DNA of 64,000 bases from Acidobacteriota bacterium. GTDB lineage: Bacteria > Acidobacteriota > UBA6911. Below are positions 29,052-38,456 of this stretch, piece after piece (positions within the stretch are counted from its first letter, which is position 1; every line of letters starts with the position of its first letter). A program made the translations under genes and the position numbers. Under the pieces are notes generated by a model. That model worked only from the letters and a program-made list of their open reading frames with translations. It had not been told where the DNA came from and ran no database searches. Location of the stretch: NCBI GenBank assembly GCA_963664705.1, contig OY761556.1, positions 5,344,001 to 5,408,000 on the forward strand. Direction: 5' to 3'.

Positions 29052-29804
29052 ATGAATGGTCTGCTTGATACACACGCGCATTTATGCGATCCGGTTTTTG
29101 ACAACGATCTGCCGCAAGTTCTCCAAAGAGGAAAAGCTGTCGGTGTTTCGGGTGTCATTGCTGTCGGGGAAAATATCGAGGATGCGAAAAAAACCCTTCA
29201 CCTTGCCTCTCGATATCCAATGATTCGCCCTGCAGCCGGTTTGTTTCCTACGGTTCTTGATCAGAGCCTTGCCGCCGGGATGCGGGATTTCATTCGGGAG
29301 CATCAAAGAGATCTGGCTGCTATTGGGGAAATAGGATTGGACCATTGGGTCGTAAAAAGCGAGTCAGAATGGGAACTGCAGCTCGATATCTTTAACGGCT
29401 TCATAGCATTAGGCAAAGAGCTTGGCTTGCCGCTCAATGTTCACTCAAGATCCGCCGGCCGACAAACGGTTGCTGCGCTTTTGGACTCGGGGGCATCGAA
29501 AGTGCAGATGCATGCGTTTGATGGAAAGTATGGCACGGCCTTGCCGGCGGTCGAAGCAGGGTACTTTTTCTCCATTCCTCCATCGATCGTTCGATCGGAT
29601 CAAAAGAAAAAGCTGATCAGGATGTTGCCATTGTCCTGCCTGCTGGTTGAGACGGATAGCCCGGTTCTGGGTCCAGTTCCTCAGGAGCGGAATGAGCCCT
29701 GCAATGTTTTGATTGCCGTGAAGGTAATTGCTGAGATTAAAGGAATTCGCGAGGAGGCGGTAAGAGAAGCCGTGATCGAAAACACGCACCGGCTCTATGG
29801 TTAA
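29052..29804 (+). CDS. tatD: TatD family nuclease
   Basis: LDTHAHL, IGEIGLD, LNVHSR, MHAF, LVETDSP..RNEP. Confidence 0.92.
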   Translation: MNGLLDTHAHLCDPVFDNDLPQVLQRGKAVGVSGVIAVGENIEDAKKTLHLASRYPMIRPAAGLFPTVLDQSLAAGMRDFIREHQRDLAAIGEIGLDHWVVKSESEWELQLDIFNGFIALGKELGLPLNVHSRSAGRQTVAALLDSGASKVQMHAFDGKYGTALPAVEAGYFFSIPPSIVRSDQKKKLIRMLPLSCLLVETDSPVLGPVPQERNEPCNVLIAVKVIAEIKGIREEAVREAVIENTHRLYG

Positions 29805-29879
29805 CGAAATCGGAGACAGCGTACGCACGAAAACTCAAAAATGGAGTCTGACCTCGACATTGAAAAACTGGTGGGCAAA

Positions 29880-30341
29880 CTATTGATAGCCGGCATCGAC
29901 GGCTTTATCCGGCCCCAGTGCGGCAGCTTTGGCAAGCTGATCGCAGCGCTCATTTTCCGGATGGCCGGCATGGCCTCGGACCCACTCAAAATGCACATCA
30001 TGAATGTCGCAAAGCTTCAATAGCCTTTCCCAAAGGTCCGGATTAATAGCTTTTTCTTTGCTGTTGCGTTTCCAGCCATTTGCTTTCCATTTCCGCGCCC
30101 ATCCTTTTTCGATCGCATAAACCAGGTACTGGGAATCACTGGTAAGAGTAACGCGGCATGGTTCTTTGAGTGCCTCGAGGCCGGCAATAGCCGCAAAGAT
30201 CTCCATGCGGTTGTTGGTGGTTCTTTGAAAACCGCCTGAAAGCTCTCTGCGGTGGGAGTCATATACAAGGACAACCCCGTAGCCGCCAGGGCCGGGATTA
30301 TTCATGCAGCCGCCATCGGTATACATCATTATGTTTTTCAT
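29880..30341 (-). CDS. rnhA: Ribonuclease HI
   Basis: [46 protein letters not shown]. Confidence 0.96.
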   Translation of the reverse strand: MKNIMMYTDGGCMNNPGPGGYGVVLVYDSHRRELSGGFQRTTNNRMEIFAAIAGLEALKEPCRVTLTSDSQYLVYAIEKGWARKWKANGWKRNSKEKAINPDLWERLLKLCDIHDVHFEWVRGHAGHPENERCDQLAKAAALGPDKAVDAGYQ

Positions 30342-30433
30342 CAGGATAACTATTTTAACCCGCGTTCTGTTTCCTGGAGAGGAAAACGATAAATTTTTCG
30401 AGGGATGGGGAGCAAGGAAGGAAAAGGTGCGAC

Positions 30434-30476
30434 TTGCGGATTGCAGGTTGCAGGAGTCTAACTCCTGCAACCTGCA
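30434..30476. terminator. Hairpin after sdhB built from TTGCAGG heptamers
   Basis: TGCAGGTTGCAGGAGT-cta-ACTCCTGCAACCTGCA (16-bp arms), preceded by TTGCGGA. Confidence 0.6.
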
Positions 30477-30496
30477 TCACTAAAGATCCAACGCTT

Positions 30497-31345
30497 CTAC
30501 TTGATGGTAGGCGCGGGAGCGGGTGGAACATCCGTTCGCGCTTTCCAGTTCTTTACAGGCGAAGCCACCGGAGCAGGCTGGCGCTGCTTGCGCAGCCCAA
30601 AGGACTTCATGAAAGCATCTTTTTTAGCCAGCTGGATTGCCAATGCCGGATCGACGCCTTTCGGACAAACCTGTGAACAGGCGCCGGCAAAATGGCAGCG
30701 ATAGACGCCGTGATTGGAATAAAGCTCTTTGGCTCTCTCCTCAGCGCCGCCGTCGCGGGAGTCGAGCGTATAGCGCCAGCCCTGAGTCAGTGCCTGCGGG
30801 CCGGTGTACTGTTCTGAAGTAGCGACGGTCGGGCAGGCCGAAAGGCAGAGTCCGCATTTGATGCAATAGGCGAACTGAATATAGTTGAGCAGTTCTTCCG
30901 AGGACTGGAAATATTCGCCGGTCGGAAGATTCTGTTCTTTGAGATCCTGTCGGATCAAATACGGCTTCACGGACCGATGTTTGCCGAACAGCTTCTCAAG
31001 ATCCGGGACCAGGTCGCGAATCATTTCATAGTTCGGCAGCGGTTTCACGATGACTTTGTCCGAGTGCAGATGGACAATCTGATTGTTACAGGCCAGACGG
31101 GGCAATCCATTGATAAACATGCCGCAGGATCCGCAAATCCCCATCCGGCATGAGGATCGCCAGGATAGCGAAGGGTCTTCATGCTCCTTTATCCAGGTCA
31201 GCCCGTCCAGCACGGTCATCCCCTTTGTGACTGGAACCGTGAACGCCTGCATGTACGGAGATTTCCCAGTCGCGGGATTGTAGCGCAATACTTCAAAAAT
31301 AACGGATTTGAGGACAGTGCCCTCCTGTGCATCTGAATGGCTCAC
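30497..31345 (-). CDS. sdhB: Succinate dehydrogenase/fumarate reductase iron-sulfur subunit
   Basis: SCRMGICGSC..LAC, CIKCGLCLSAC, CHFAGACSQVCP. GTG start overlaps the sdhD stop. Confidence 0.95.
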   Translation of the reverse strand: MSHSDAQEGTVLKSVIFEVLRYNPATGKSPYMQAFTVPVTKGMTVLDGLTWIKEHEDPSLSWRSSCRMGICGSCGMFINGLPRLACNNQIVHLHSDKVIVKPLPNYEMIRDLVPDLEKLFGKHRSVKPYLIRQDLKEQNLPTGEYFQSSEELLNYIQFAYCIKCGLCLSACPTVATSEQYTGPQALTQGWRYTLDSRDGGAEERAKELYSNHGVYRCHFAGACSQVCPKGVDPALAIQLAKKDAFMKSFGLRKQRQPAPVASPVKNWKARTDVPPAPAPTIK

Positions 31346-31719
31346 GGTCGCACCTCCCTCATCTGATACAGCATAATGGCGACATAACTTCCATAAGCAA
31401 ACAAAACGATTCCAGCAAGGGCGCAAACGCTTCCAATCGCTTTTTCCATCCCTTTCGACAGTGAAAGCTCAATGAGCAGGCTGCGAAGGCCATAAAGTCC
31501 GTGAAACAGTGCCGCTCCCAGCAGAAGAATGTACGTGACCATGTAAATGAACTGCTGGCTGCGATGAAAGACTTCGGCGGAATGAACAGGATCGCCCGAT
31601 CCGATTCCGACGAATTGCAGAATAGCGCCCAGGTGCATGGTGCCCATGTGCACACCTAGCAGAACAAGGATTACAACTGCAGAGAGGATATGCCAGAACC
31701 ACAGTCTTGATTCGCGCAT
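31342..31719 (-). CDS. sdhD: Succinate dehydrogenase membrane anchor subunit
   Basis: Three TM helices, LGVHM and FHGLYGLR His motifs, operon context. Confidence 0.85.
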   Translation of the reverse strand: MRESRLWFWHILSAVVILVLLGVHMGTMHLGAILQFVGIGSGDPVHSAEVFHRSQQFIYMVTYILLLGAALFHGLYGLRSLLIELSLSKGMEKAIGSVCALAGIVLFAYGSYVAIMLYQMREVRP

Positions 31720-31728
31720 GATGTCCTC

Positions 31729-32163
31729 CTATCTCAATTTCAAATAGAAATCAGCGCCACCGATGAGCATGACAACTGCTGCGATGATCATCACCACCAC
31801 CAATAGTGGTTTTTGGCGCATTGTGGAATAACTGTACGGATATGACGGTAATCCCTGCTTGCCAAGCATATATCCAAGTTCAACGAGAACCAGGCGGATC
31901 CCATTCACGGCGTGATAGGCAAAAGCAAGGAAGACGGTGAATTCACCAAACTTGAAAAAGGGCGTGCCGAAAAATGACATTCGGCTATCCCAGGCCGCCG
32001 GGCCACCGAGGCGAGCTCCGGTGACAAAAATATGCATCAGGAAATAGGCTAGAATTCCGAGACCGGAAAGCCGGTGAAGCGAATAGGCATACCGGTCGAA
32101 GCCATAGCGGCCGCCACTGAGCCAGCCCCAGATTCCGAGATTGTTTTTCAGTCTGTTTTGCAT
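31729..32163 (-). CDS. sdhC: Succinate dehydrogenase cytochrome b subunit
   Basis: LHRLSG, MHIF, YHAVNGIRL. Confidence 0.9.
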   Translation of the reverse strand: MQNRLKNNLGIWGWLSGGRYGFDRYAYSLHRLSGLGILAYFLMHIFVTGARLGGPAAWDSRMSFFGTPFFKFGEFTVFLAFAYHAVNGIRLVLVELGYMLGKQGLPSYPYSYSTMRQKPLLVVVMIIAAVVMLIGGADFYLKLR

Positions 32164-32181
32164 AGGTGCTCCTTTGAAGGA

Positions 32182-32268
32182 GGAGTCAGAAGTCAGGAAT
32201 CGGGAGTCAGAAGAAAGAACCGATTTGCCTTTCCTCCGGCTTCTGGCTCATGACTCCTGGCTTCTGCC
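32182..32268. repeat. Inverted array of degenerate 7-mers (GAGTCAG/AAGTCAG ... TTCTGGC/TCCTGGC) between sdhA and sdhC
   Basis: GAGTCAG AAGTCAG GAATCGG GAGTCAG ... CTCCGGC TTCTGGC TCATGAC TCCTGGC TTCTGCC. Confidence 0.7.
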
Positions 32269-32269
32269 C

Positions 32270-33988
32270 TTAATATTTCCTTTCCACCGGTGTCCAGGTA
32301 TTAATAGTGACCGACTTATATTCCAGTTTCGGCCCCTGGTCTGTGCGGAATGCCAGTGTGTGCTTCAACCATTTGGCATCATCGCGGTCTGGATAATCTC
32401 TGCGAGCATGGCCGCCACGGGATTCAGTTCTTTCCAGCGCGCCGAGTACCATGGCTTCCGCCAGATCCAACAGGTTACCGAGTTCCAATGCATGATAAAG
32501 ATTGGTGTTATAGATGGTCCCCTTGTCGCCAATGCCGATGTTGGCATAACGCTTTCTCAGCGATTTCACCTTATCGAGAGCGACACTCAGTTCCTGGCCG
32601 GTGCGGAATACGCCGACATTTACATCCATGCACTTGCGAAGCTCACGTTTGAGATCGTAAGGGTTCTCTGTTCCATTGCGTTTCATGAGGTCATTGACAA
32701 TCCGGTTGTATTCGCCGGTTACGCGCAATTCTGGAACAGCCGCGACCTGGGCTGTTGCATCGCAGTACTTGGCTGCTTCGGCTCCGGAGATCTTGCCCCA
32801 AACCAGGCACTCGGCCGTGGAGTTGGACCCGAGCCGATTTGCTCCGTGGAGACTGACGCAGGCAGCCTCGCCTGCGGCGTAAATCCCTTTAACGCGGGTC
32901 TCAGCTTTGATGTTGGTTTCAATCCCGCCCATGGAATAGTGGGCAACGGGCCGGCAGGGGATCGGTTCCTTGATAGGATCCAGATCATTGAATTCAATGC
33001 AAACCTCACGAATCAGAGGCAGCTGTTCATTGATTTGCTTGGCTCCGAGATGGCGTAAATCAAGATAGATATAATCCAGGCCATCCGGTCCTTTGTAGCC
33101 GCGGCCTTCCTCGATTTCGATCATTTCGGATCTGGAAATGAGATCACGGGGCGCCAGCTCGAGTTTGGAGGGCGCATACTTGTTCATGAAGCGGTCGCCC
33201 TTGCTGTTGACAAGATAGCCGCCTTCACCACGGCATGCTTCGGTGATAAGAATTCCGGATGGAACCAGACCGGTAGGATGGAATTGCAAAAATTCCATGT
33301 CCTCCAGTGGAAGGCCGGCCTGATAAGCCAATGCCATCCCGTCGCCCGTTACTGTCTGGGAATAGGTTGTGAATCCGAAAAGAGTTCCTGCCCCGCCGGT
33401 GGCGATGATCAAGGCCTTGCCGCGAATCACCTTGAACTGACCGGTGGTCATATCAAAGGTGGTGATGCCGCAGAACTGATTGTTCTCGATAAGAATCGAA
33501 GTAACGAAGTGCTCGTTGTAATGCTTGGCGTTATTGTACTGGAGCAGTGTGTCGTAGAGCGTCTGCATTTCGAAGAAGCCCGTTTTGTCCTGCGCCAGAA
33601 CGGCACGCGGGTAGCTATGTCCGCCAAACGGGCGCTGCGCAATGTGACCGTCCGGTCGACGAGTCCACGGGATTCCCCAATGGTCCAACTGGAGAATTTC
33701 TGATGGTATCGTGCGGACAAAAAGGTCCACGACATCCTGATCGGCCAGGAAATCGGATCCTTTGACTGTATCCCATGCATGCAATTCGATGCTGTCCCCA
33801 TCTTCGGGACGCAAAACAGCGGCCGTTCCACCTTCTGCCGCGACTGAATGGGCGCGCATCAGCTGATTTTTGGATATAACGGCAATGTCGATTTTTCCGT
33901 GTGCTACACGGGATGCTTCAATCGCTGCCCGTAAACCAGCCAGGCCCGCTCCGAGAATTATGAGATCATGAGTGAAAACATCGCCCAT
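32270..33988 (-). CDS. sdhA: Succinate dehydrogenase/fumarate reductase flavoprotein subunit
   Basis: GAGLAGL, RAHSVAAEGG (covalent FAD His), QFHPT, EACRGEGG, HYSMGG, HGANRLGSNS, ESRGGH. Confidence 0.96.
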   Translation of the reverse strand: MGDVFTHDLIILGAGLAGLRAAIEASRVAHGKIDIAVISKNQLMRAHSVAAEGGTAAVLRPEDGDSIELHAWDTVKGSDFLADQDVVDLFVRTIPSEILQLDHWGIPWTRRPDGHIAQRPFGGHSYPRAVLAQDKTGFFEMQTLYDTLLQYNNAKHYNEHFVTSILIENNQFCGITTFDMTTGQFKVIRGKALIIATGGAGTLFGFTTYSQTVTGDGMALAYQAGLPLEDMEFLQFHPTGLVPSGILITEACRGEGGYLVNSKGDRFMNKYAPSKLELAPRDLISRSEMIEIEEGRGYKGPDGLDYIYLDLRHLGAKQINEQLPLIREVCIEFNDLDPIKEPIPCRPVAHYSMGGIETNIKAETRVKGIYAAGEAACVSLHGANRLGSNSTAECLVWGKISGAEAAKYCDATAQVAAVPELRVTGEYNRIVNDLMKRNGTENPYDLKRELRKCMDVNVGVFRTGQELSVALDKVKSLRKRYANIGIGDKGTIYNTNLYHALELGNLLDLAEAMVLGALERTESRGGHARRDYPDRDDAKWLKHTLAFRTDQGPKLEYKSVTINTWTPVERKY

Positions 33989-34290
33989 GCGAAGCCTCCT
34001 TTCCTACTTGCGAAGAAACTCAAGCTCACGGAAGGCGACGTGCATGATTCCATCGGAATCCGTTGCTTGAAAATAAAATAAAAGCCGATGTAATTCTGAA
34101 TCTAAGTCCTATGTCGTTGATGCGTAAACCGCCAAAACTTGCACACCCTGCCGTGTGACCCCCTTCGTGTAGTCGTGATCCAAGTGCTGCCTTTCGTTTG
34201 GGAATTGGACCGTGGAAGTCGAACGCCAGAGACTAAAACAGAATTCTGCTGCCGACTACGTTAACCTGTATTCTGCTTGTGCTCGTGGTT

Positions 34291-35502
34291 TCAACCTTTC
34301 TGTTGCAGGTACTGCGTCAAACCGGCGGCAAATGCTTCAACGGCTTCCTCAATTTCACTTTTCTTCAATACAAATGCGAATCGTGCCTTTTGAATCCCCT
34401 GGGAGTTCTGCATATAAAAGCCGGCTGCAGGTGCAATGAAGGTGGTGCGCTGCTTATGAGAGAACTGTGCCAGAAGATAGGAGGCAAAATGCTCCGCGTT
34501 GGCGACAGGAAGCTGCGCGACTGTGTAGAAAGCTCCCTTCGGCTTTTGCACCGCAACATCGGGCACATTTTTCAAAGCATTGTACAGGGCATCCCGTCGC
34601 AGCCGGAATTCATTCCGGGCCTGTTCAAGGTAATCGTCTTTTATGCGGTCCAGCATATATGCCGCGGCGAATTGATCAATCGTCGGGGCGGCCAGGCGGG
34701 CCTGCGCAATATTCAGCGACTTTGCCAGCAATTCCTCGTTGCTGGTGAGAAGACACCCTATCCGGGCCCCGCATAGGCTGAATCTTTTTGACAGGCTGTC
34801 TACAACTACCACGCGCTTGTTCGACGGAGCCAGGTGGAGGATGGAAATAGGCTTGAGATCGTCGTATACGAATTCCCGGTAAGTTTCATCCAAAATAAGG
34901 AAGATATTGTGTTCTTCACAGATTTCGAGGAGAAAGCGGAGTTCTTCCCTGCTGTAAACCGTTCCGGTCGGGTTGTTCGGATTGCAAAGAAGAATGGCGC
35001 GGGTGCGATTGGTTATGCACTTTTCAATCTGATCTCGGGCGGGAAGAGCAAAATTGTCTTCCATATTGCTGAGAACCGGGACGAGAGTCACTCCGGAAAT
35101 CGCTGCAAACCCCAGGTAATTGGCATAGGTCGGATCAAAGATGATGACTTCATCCCCGGGATCGCAGCAGGTCATAAAGAGGAAGACCAAAGCCTCACTG
35201 GCTCCCACTGTGATCAGAAACTGCTCCGGCGTAGTGTCGAGTTGAAGGGTCTTATTGATATACCGCGACCAGGCGGCACAAAGCCCCTCGTGTCCCTGGG
35301 ACTGTTCATAGGCTACGACCTTATTTTTAAAGGCTTTAAGCCCATCAAAGAACTCATCGGGAGATTCGATGTCCGGCTGTCCGATATTCAGGTGATAGAC
35401 ATGAATTCCGGATTTCTTGGCATCCGTAGCCAGATGCGCCAGCTTTCGAATAGGGGATGGTGGAGTGTTATGCGCGCGGTTTGATAGTTTTATAGACATC
35501 AT
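34291..35502 (-). CDS. PLP-dependent class I aminotransferase (aspartate aminotransferase-like)
   Basis: HLNIGQPD, CNPNNPTG, DETYREF, DSLSKRFSLCGARIG. Confidence 0.93.
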   Translation of the reverse strand: MMSIKLSNRAHNTPPSPIRKLAHLATDAKKSGIHVYHLNIGQPDIESPDEFFDGLKAFKNKVVAYEQSQGHEGLCAAWSRYINKTLQLDTTPEQFLITVGASEALVFLFMTCCDPGDEVIIFDPTYANYLGFAAISGVTLVPVLSNMEDNFALPARDQIEKCITNRTRAILLCNPNNPTGTVYSREELRFLLEICEEHNIFLILDETYREFVYDDLKPISILHLAPSNKRVVVVDSLSKRFSLCGARIGCLLTSNEELLAKSLNIAQARLAAPTIDQFAAAYMLDRIKDDYLEQARNEFRLRRDALYNALKNVPDVAVQKPKGAFYTVAQLPVANAEHFASYLLAQFSHKQRTTFIAPAAGFYMQNSQGIQKARFAFVLKKSEIEEAVEAFAAGLTQYLQQKG

Positions 35503-35843
35503 AGTCGTTCTCCGCCACCAGATGTGATCGGGGAATTGGAAGACTAAACCTTTCTGGCCCCGCGATCAATATGGAAAATCGGGAAGGGAGTCTTTGCCAC
35601 CTGATTTCCTCCAGCTTTAACATTATCGTGCAACCCCAATCTAAAAATTAGAAAATCGGAAACGTCCAACCGGTTTACCCGATTTTATGGGCTTCCGGTG
35701 ACGATAAGGATCCTGGAAAGTGGCTGTACGCGACGAATCATTCTGTTTTTTGCGCTCGCGGGTATGCAATTTTCTTTCACCGTCATTTCTTTTTGTGCAT
35801 TGGCCTGGAAATGGTATAAATGCACCATCAATGGAGGGTTTGC

Positions 35844-36749
35844 ATGGTTCGATCCGTTACGCTTGCTTGCGCGCTACTTGCTGTTTTATTCGCTTCTCAG
35901 GGAATTGCTGAAGACAAGGAAGGCTGCAAAGACCATCCCATGTTCAGCCGTATGCCCAACTATGAGATTTATAGCTGCACCACAGTTCAGTTTGAAGCGG
36001 TGGATTTTGCAAAACCCGGCCGGAAGCAATATGAGAGTCAAGAGGACTTTGAAACGGTGGAAGGTTCTGTTTTCTTTGTCAGCTACGGATTGAAGGAAGG
36101 TGCTACGCCTCCCAGTGCCTTGCAGGTTATTCGAAATTTCCAAAATGCCGCAAAGGCCGCAGGCGGTGTAGTCACCGGTGATTTTCCCAATGCCAATACT
36201 CTTCGGGACACCGCAGCCAAATACATGGTCGAATCACCCGGTGGAACCTCCTATGAACGCCTTACCAACCTGAAATTTACCAAGGGGGACAAGGAGACCT
36301 TCGTCACGGTGGCCGCCAGCGCTGCTTACAACGATTATAGTATCCTCATTGTCGAACGCCAGGCGATGACCCAGGATATATCAGTCAACGAGCTTGTAGA
36401 TAAGTTGAACAAAGATGGGTTTATTACGCTATACGTCAATTTTGACACAAACAAAGCGGTTATTAAGCCGGAATCCGGCAAAACACTGGACGATGCGGCG
36501 AATGTTCTTAAGGCAGCCGCCACCTTATCTATCATCGTGGGCGGGCATACGGACAATGTTGGGGCGCCTGAGGCGAACCTGAAGCTTTCCGATGAACGGG
36601 CAAAGGCCGTCGCTGCGGCTCTCGTTCAGCGGGGAATTGCGGCCGATCGTCTCACCGCAAAGGGTTTCGGACAGACTCAACCCATTGCCGACAACCGCAC
36701 GGAGGAGGGTCGGGGCAAAAACCGCCGCGTTGAATTGGTAAAAAAGTAG
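35844..36749 (+). CDS. Exported OmpA-like peptidoglycan-binding protein (DUF4892-like N-terminus)
   Basis: Signal peptide, DKEGCKDHPMFSR, FDTNKA, GHTDNVG..NLKLSDERA, GRGKNRRVEL. GGAGG RBS. Confidence 0.9.
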   Translation: MVRSVTLACALLAVLFASQGIAEDKEGCKDHPMFSRMPNYEIYSCTTVQFEAVDFAKPGRKQYESQEDFETVEGSVFFVSYGLKEGATPPSALQVIRNFQNAAKAAGGVVTGDFPNANTLRDTAAKYMVESPGGTSYERLTNLKFTKGDKETFVTVAASAAYNDYSILIVERQAMTQDISVNELVDKLNKDGFITLYVNFDTNKAVIKPESGKTLDDAANVLKAAATLSIIVGGHTDNVGAPEANLKLSDERAKAVAAALVQRGIAADRLTAKGFGQTQPIADNRTEEGRGKNRRVELVKK

Positions 36750-36949
36750 ATGTTTAAACGCACGGGGGGCCTGCACGTGCAGGAGACTCCCGGGTTTGGA
36801 TTCGGTGGTAAGTTAAATTTCCTATCTGGTCGAAGTCTTGGATTTGTCTTAAACTTCTTGAATTGGTTGAAAGCCGGTCTATAGGGAACGCCAAAGGAAC
36901 GGCTTTTGATTTTTTGGGTCAAGCTGAATGCAGGTAAAAGGAGGAGAGA

Positions 36950-37534
36950 ATGGCGTACCAGGCTGTAAATTATGAAAAACTGTTGGGAACCGAGGGGTTG
37001 AGCAATCAGCTGTTGACGAACCACTTCACCCTTTACGGCGGCTATGTGACGAACACAAACAAGCTGATCGATGAATTATCGGAGCTTGAAAAACAGGGAA
37101 AGGCTGGAACTCCTCAATATGCGGAGCTGAAGCGGCGGTTCGGTTGGGAATTTGACGGGATGAGGCTTCATGAGCTCTATTTTGCCAATATGGCCAAGGG
37201 CGGCGTTGCGCTCGACAAGGCATCGAAGCTGGCAGCCAAAATCAATGAGGATTTTGGTTCCTACGAGAATTGGGAAAAAGCCTTTAAAGCCACCGGAGCA
37301 ATGCGCGGTATCGGTTGGGTCGTCCTCTATTATGATGCGGTCGGCAACAAGCTCCTGAATACCTGGATTGGCGAGCACGACACCGGTCACCTTGCGACGG
37401 CCACACCAATCCTTATCATGGATGTTTTCGAGCATGCGTTCATGATTGATTATGGGTTGAAGCGTGCTGACTACATCGAAGCATTCTTCAAAGCAATTGA
37501 TTGGTCGGTTGCCCAGAAGAGATGTGAAGGATAG
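36950..37534 (+). CDS. sod: Fe/Mn superoxide dismutase (short ChrC-like type)
   Basis: NHFTLY, LHELYF and MDVFEHAF metal ligands; RGIGW. Confidence 0.9.
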   Translation: MAYQAVNYEKLLGTEGLSNQLLTNHFTLYGGYVTNTNKLIDELSELEKQGKAGTPQYAELKRRFGWEFDGMRLHELYFANMAKGGVALDKASKLAAKINEDFGSYENWEKAFKATGAMRGIGWVVLYYDAVGNKLLNTWIGEHDTGHLATATPILIMDVFEHAFMIDYGLKRADYIEAFFKAIDWSVAQKRCEG

Positions 37535-37561
37535 CAAGAGGCCACAAACAGGAAATTTTGT

Positions 37562-37598
37562 GAAATTCGTGGCGGCATAATAGCCCGCCACGAATTTC
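37562..37598. terminator. 14-bp inverted repeat between convergent genes
   Basis: GAAATTCGTGGCGG-cataatagc-CCGCCACGAATTTC. Confidence 0.7.
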
Positions 37599-37606
37599 GC
37601 AGGATG

Positions 37607-38362
37607 TCAGAGCATATCGTCAATGTGCGTGACAAGCACATGACCCAACTCAAATAATCGGCAGAACCCATTTCGCAGCTTCAGAACTACTTCCTTGGTC
37701 CGATCCTCTTCTTTAAAGCTCGTGGCAATCTGGTTTACCTGGTCTTTTAGATCCGAGTCTGTCAGCAAGGCAAACGCCTGAAACATCTCCACAATTCGAT
37801 ACAGAGCGTTGATTAGGTGCTCCCAGTCGGAAGTCGCTGCTTTTGCGCCCGCGGCAAAGCGCTGTTCAATCTGGCGGATAGCAGGAGTCATTATCTGATC
37901 CTGGTCGAGCGCAATGGTGATAAGGCCGAGCAGCGGGAAACAGGCGCGCAATGCGGCGGCGGAACGCTCCACGGGACCGGCCGATTCTGTGCTTAGATGA
38001 ACCTGATCATCTACTTTGCCAATGAGGGCTGATGCCTCCGGATTTCCCTCGGTCAATTGATGGCTCAGAGTATTCAGGCTGTTGTATATGGAGAATGAGG
38101 CGTTGATGAGATGGTCCCGGAATTCCGTTGCCCGGGCGGCTCCCTCGCGAAAAATTGATAGGCGTTGATCGATCAATGAGTTATACCGCTCATCCCTATC
38201 GATGGTCTTTGACAGTGCCATCAAAACCTCGACCGACTGGTAAGCGGCCGCCACAGTCTGACCTTCCGCATCTCCTTCCTTATCTGCATATTGCTCAAGG
38301 TAATCTCGCCAGAGTTGCATCAAGAACGGACCCGATTTTCCCTGCCCGGGTGGATAGATCAT
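37607..38362 (-). CDS. Hypothetical all-helical protein with internal repeats
   Basis: 251-aa ORF with GGGAG RBS. Repeated (D/E)HLINA-type segments; no recognised family. Confidence 0.7.
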   Translation of the reverse strand: MIYPPGQGKSGPFLMQLWRDYLEQYADKEGDAEGQTVAAAYQSVEVLMALSKTIDRDERYNSLIDQRLSIFREGAARATEFRDHLINASFSIYNSLNTLSHQLTEGNPEASALIGKVDDQVHLSTESAGPVERSAAALRACFPLLGLITIALDQDQIMTPAIRQIEQRFAAGAKAATSDWEHLINALYRIVEMFQAFALLTDSDLKDQVNQIATSFKEEDRTKEVVLKLRNGFCRLFELGHVLVTHIDDML

Positions 38363-38456
38363 AAAGGACTCCCTTTTAACTGTGACGACTCCTGAATGCC
38401 GAGTTCACGGCATATCATAATTCCCTGACACCCTCCTAGGATATAATATCAATCCC

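Noticed and set aside
1039-29804. NTase-fold gene, patatin and TatD as a CBASS or other defence system
   Set aside because: The genes are about 26 kb apart and not in an operon, and no CD-NTase, Cap or Qat partners are recognisable.
32182-32268. CRISPR-like array
   Set aside because: The units are 7 bp with no spacers, and there are no cas genes.
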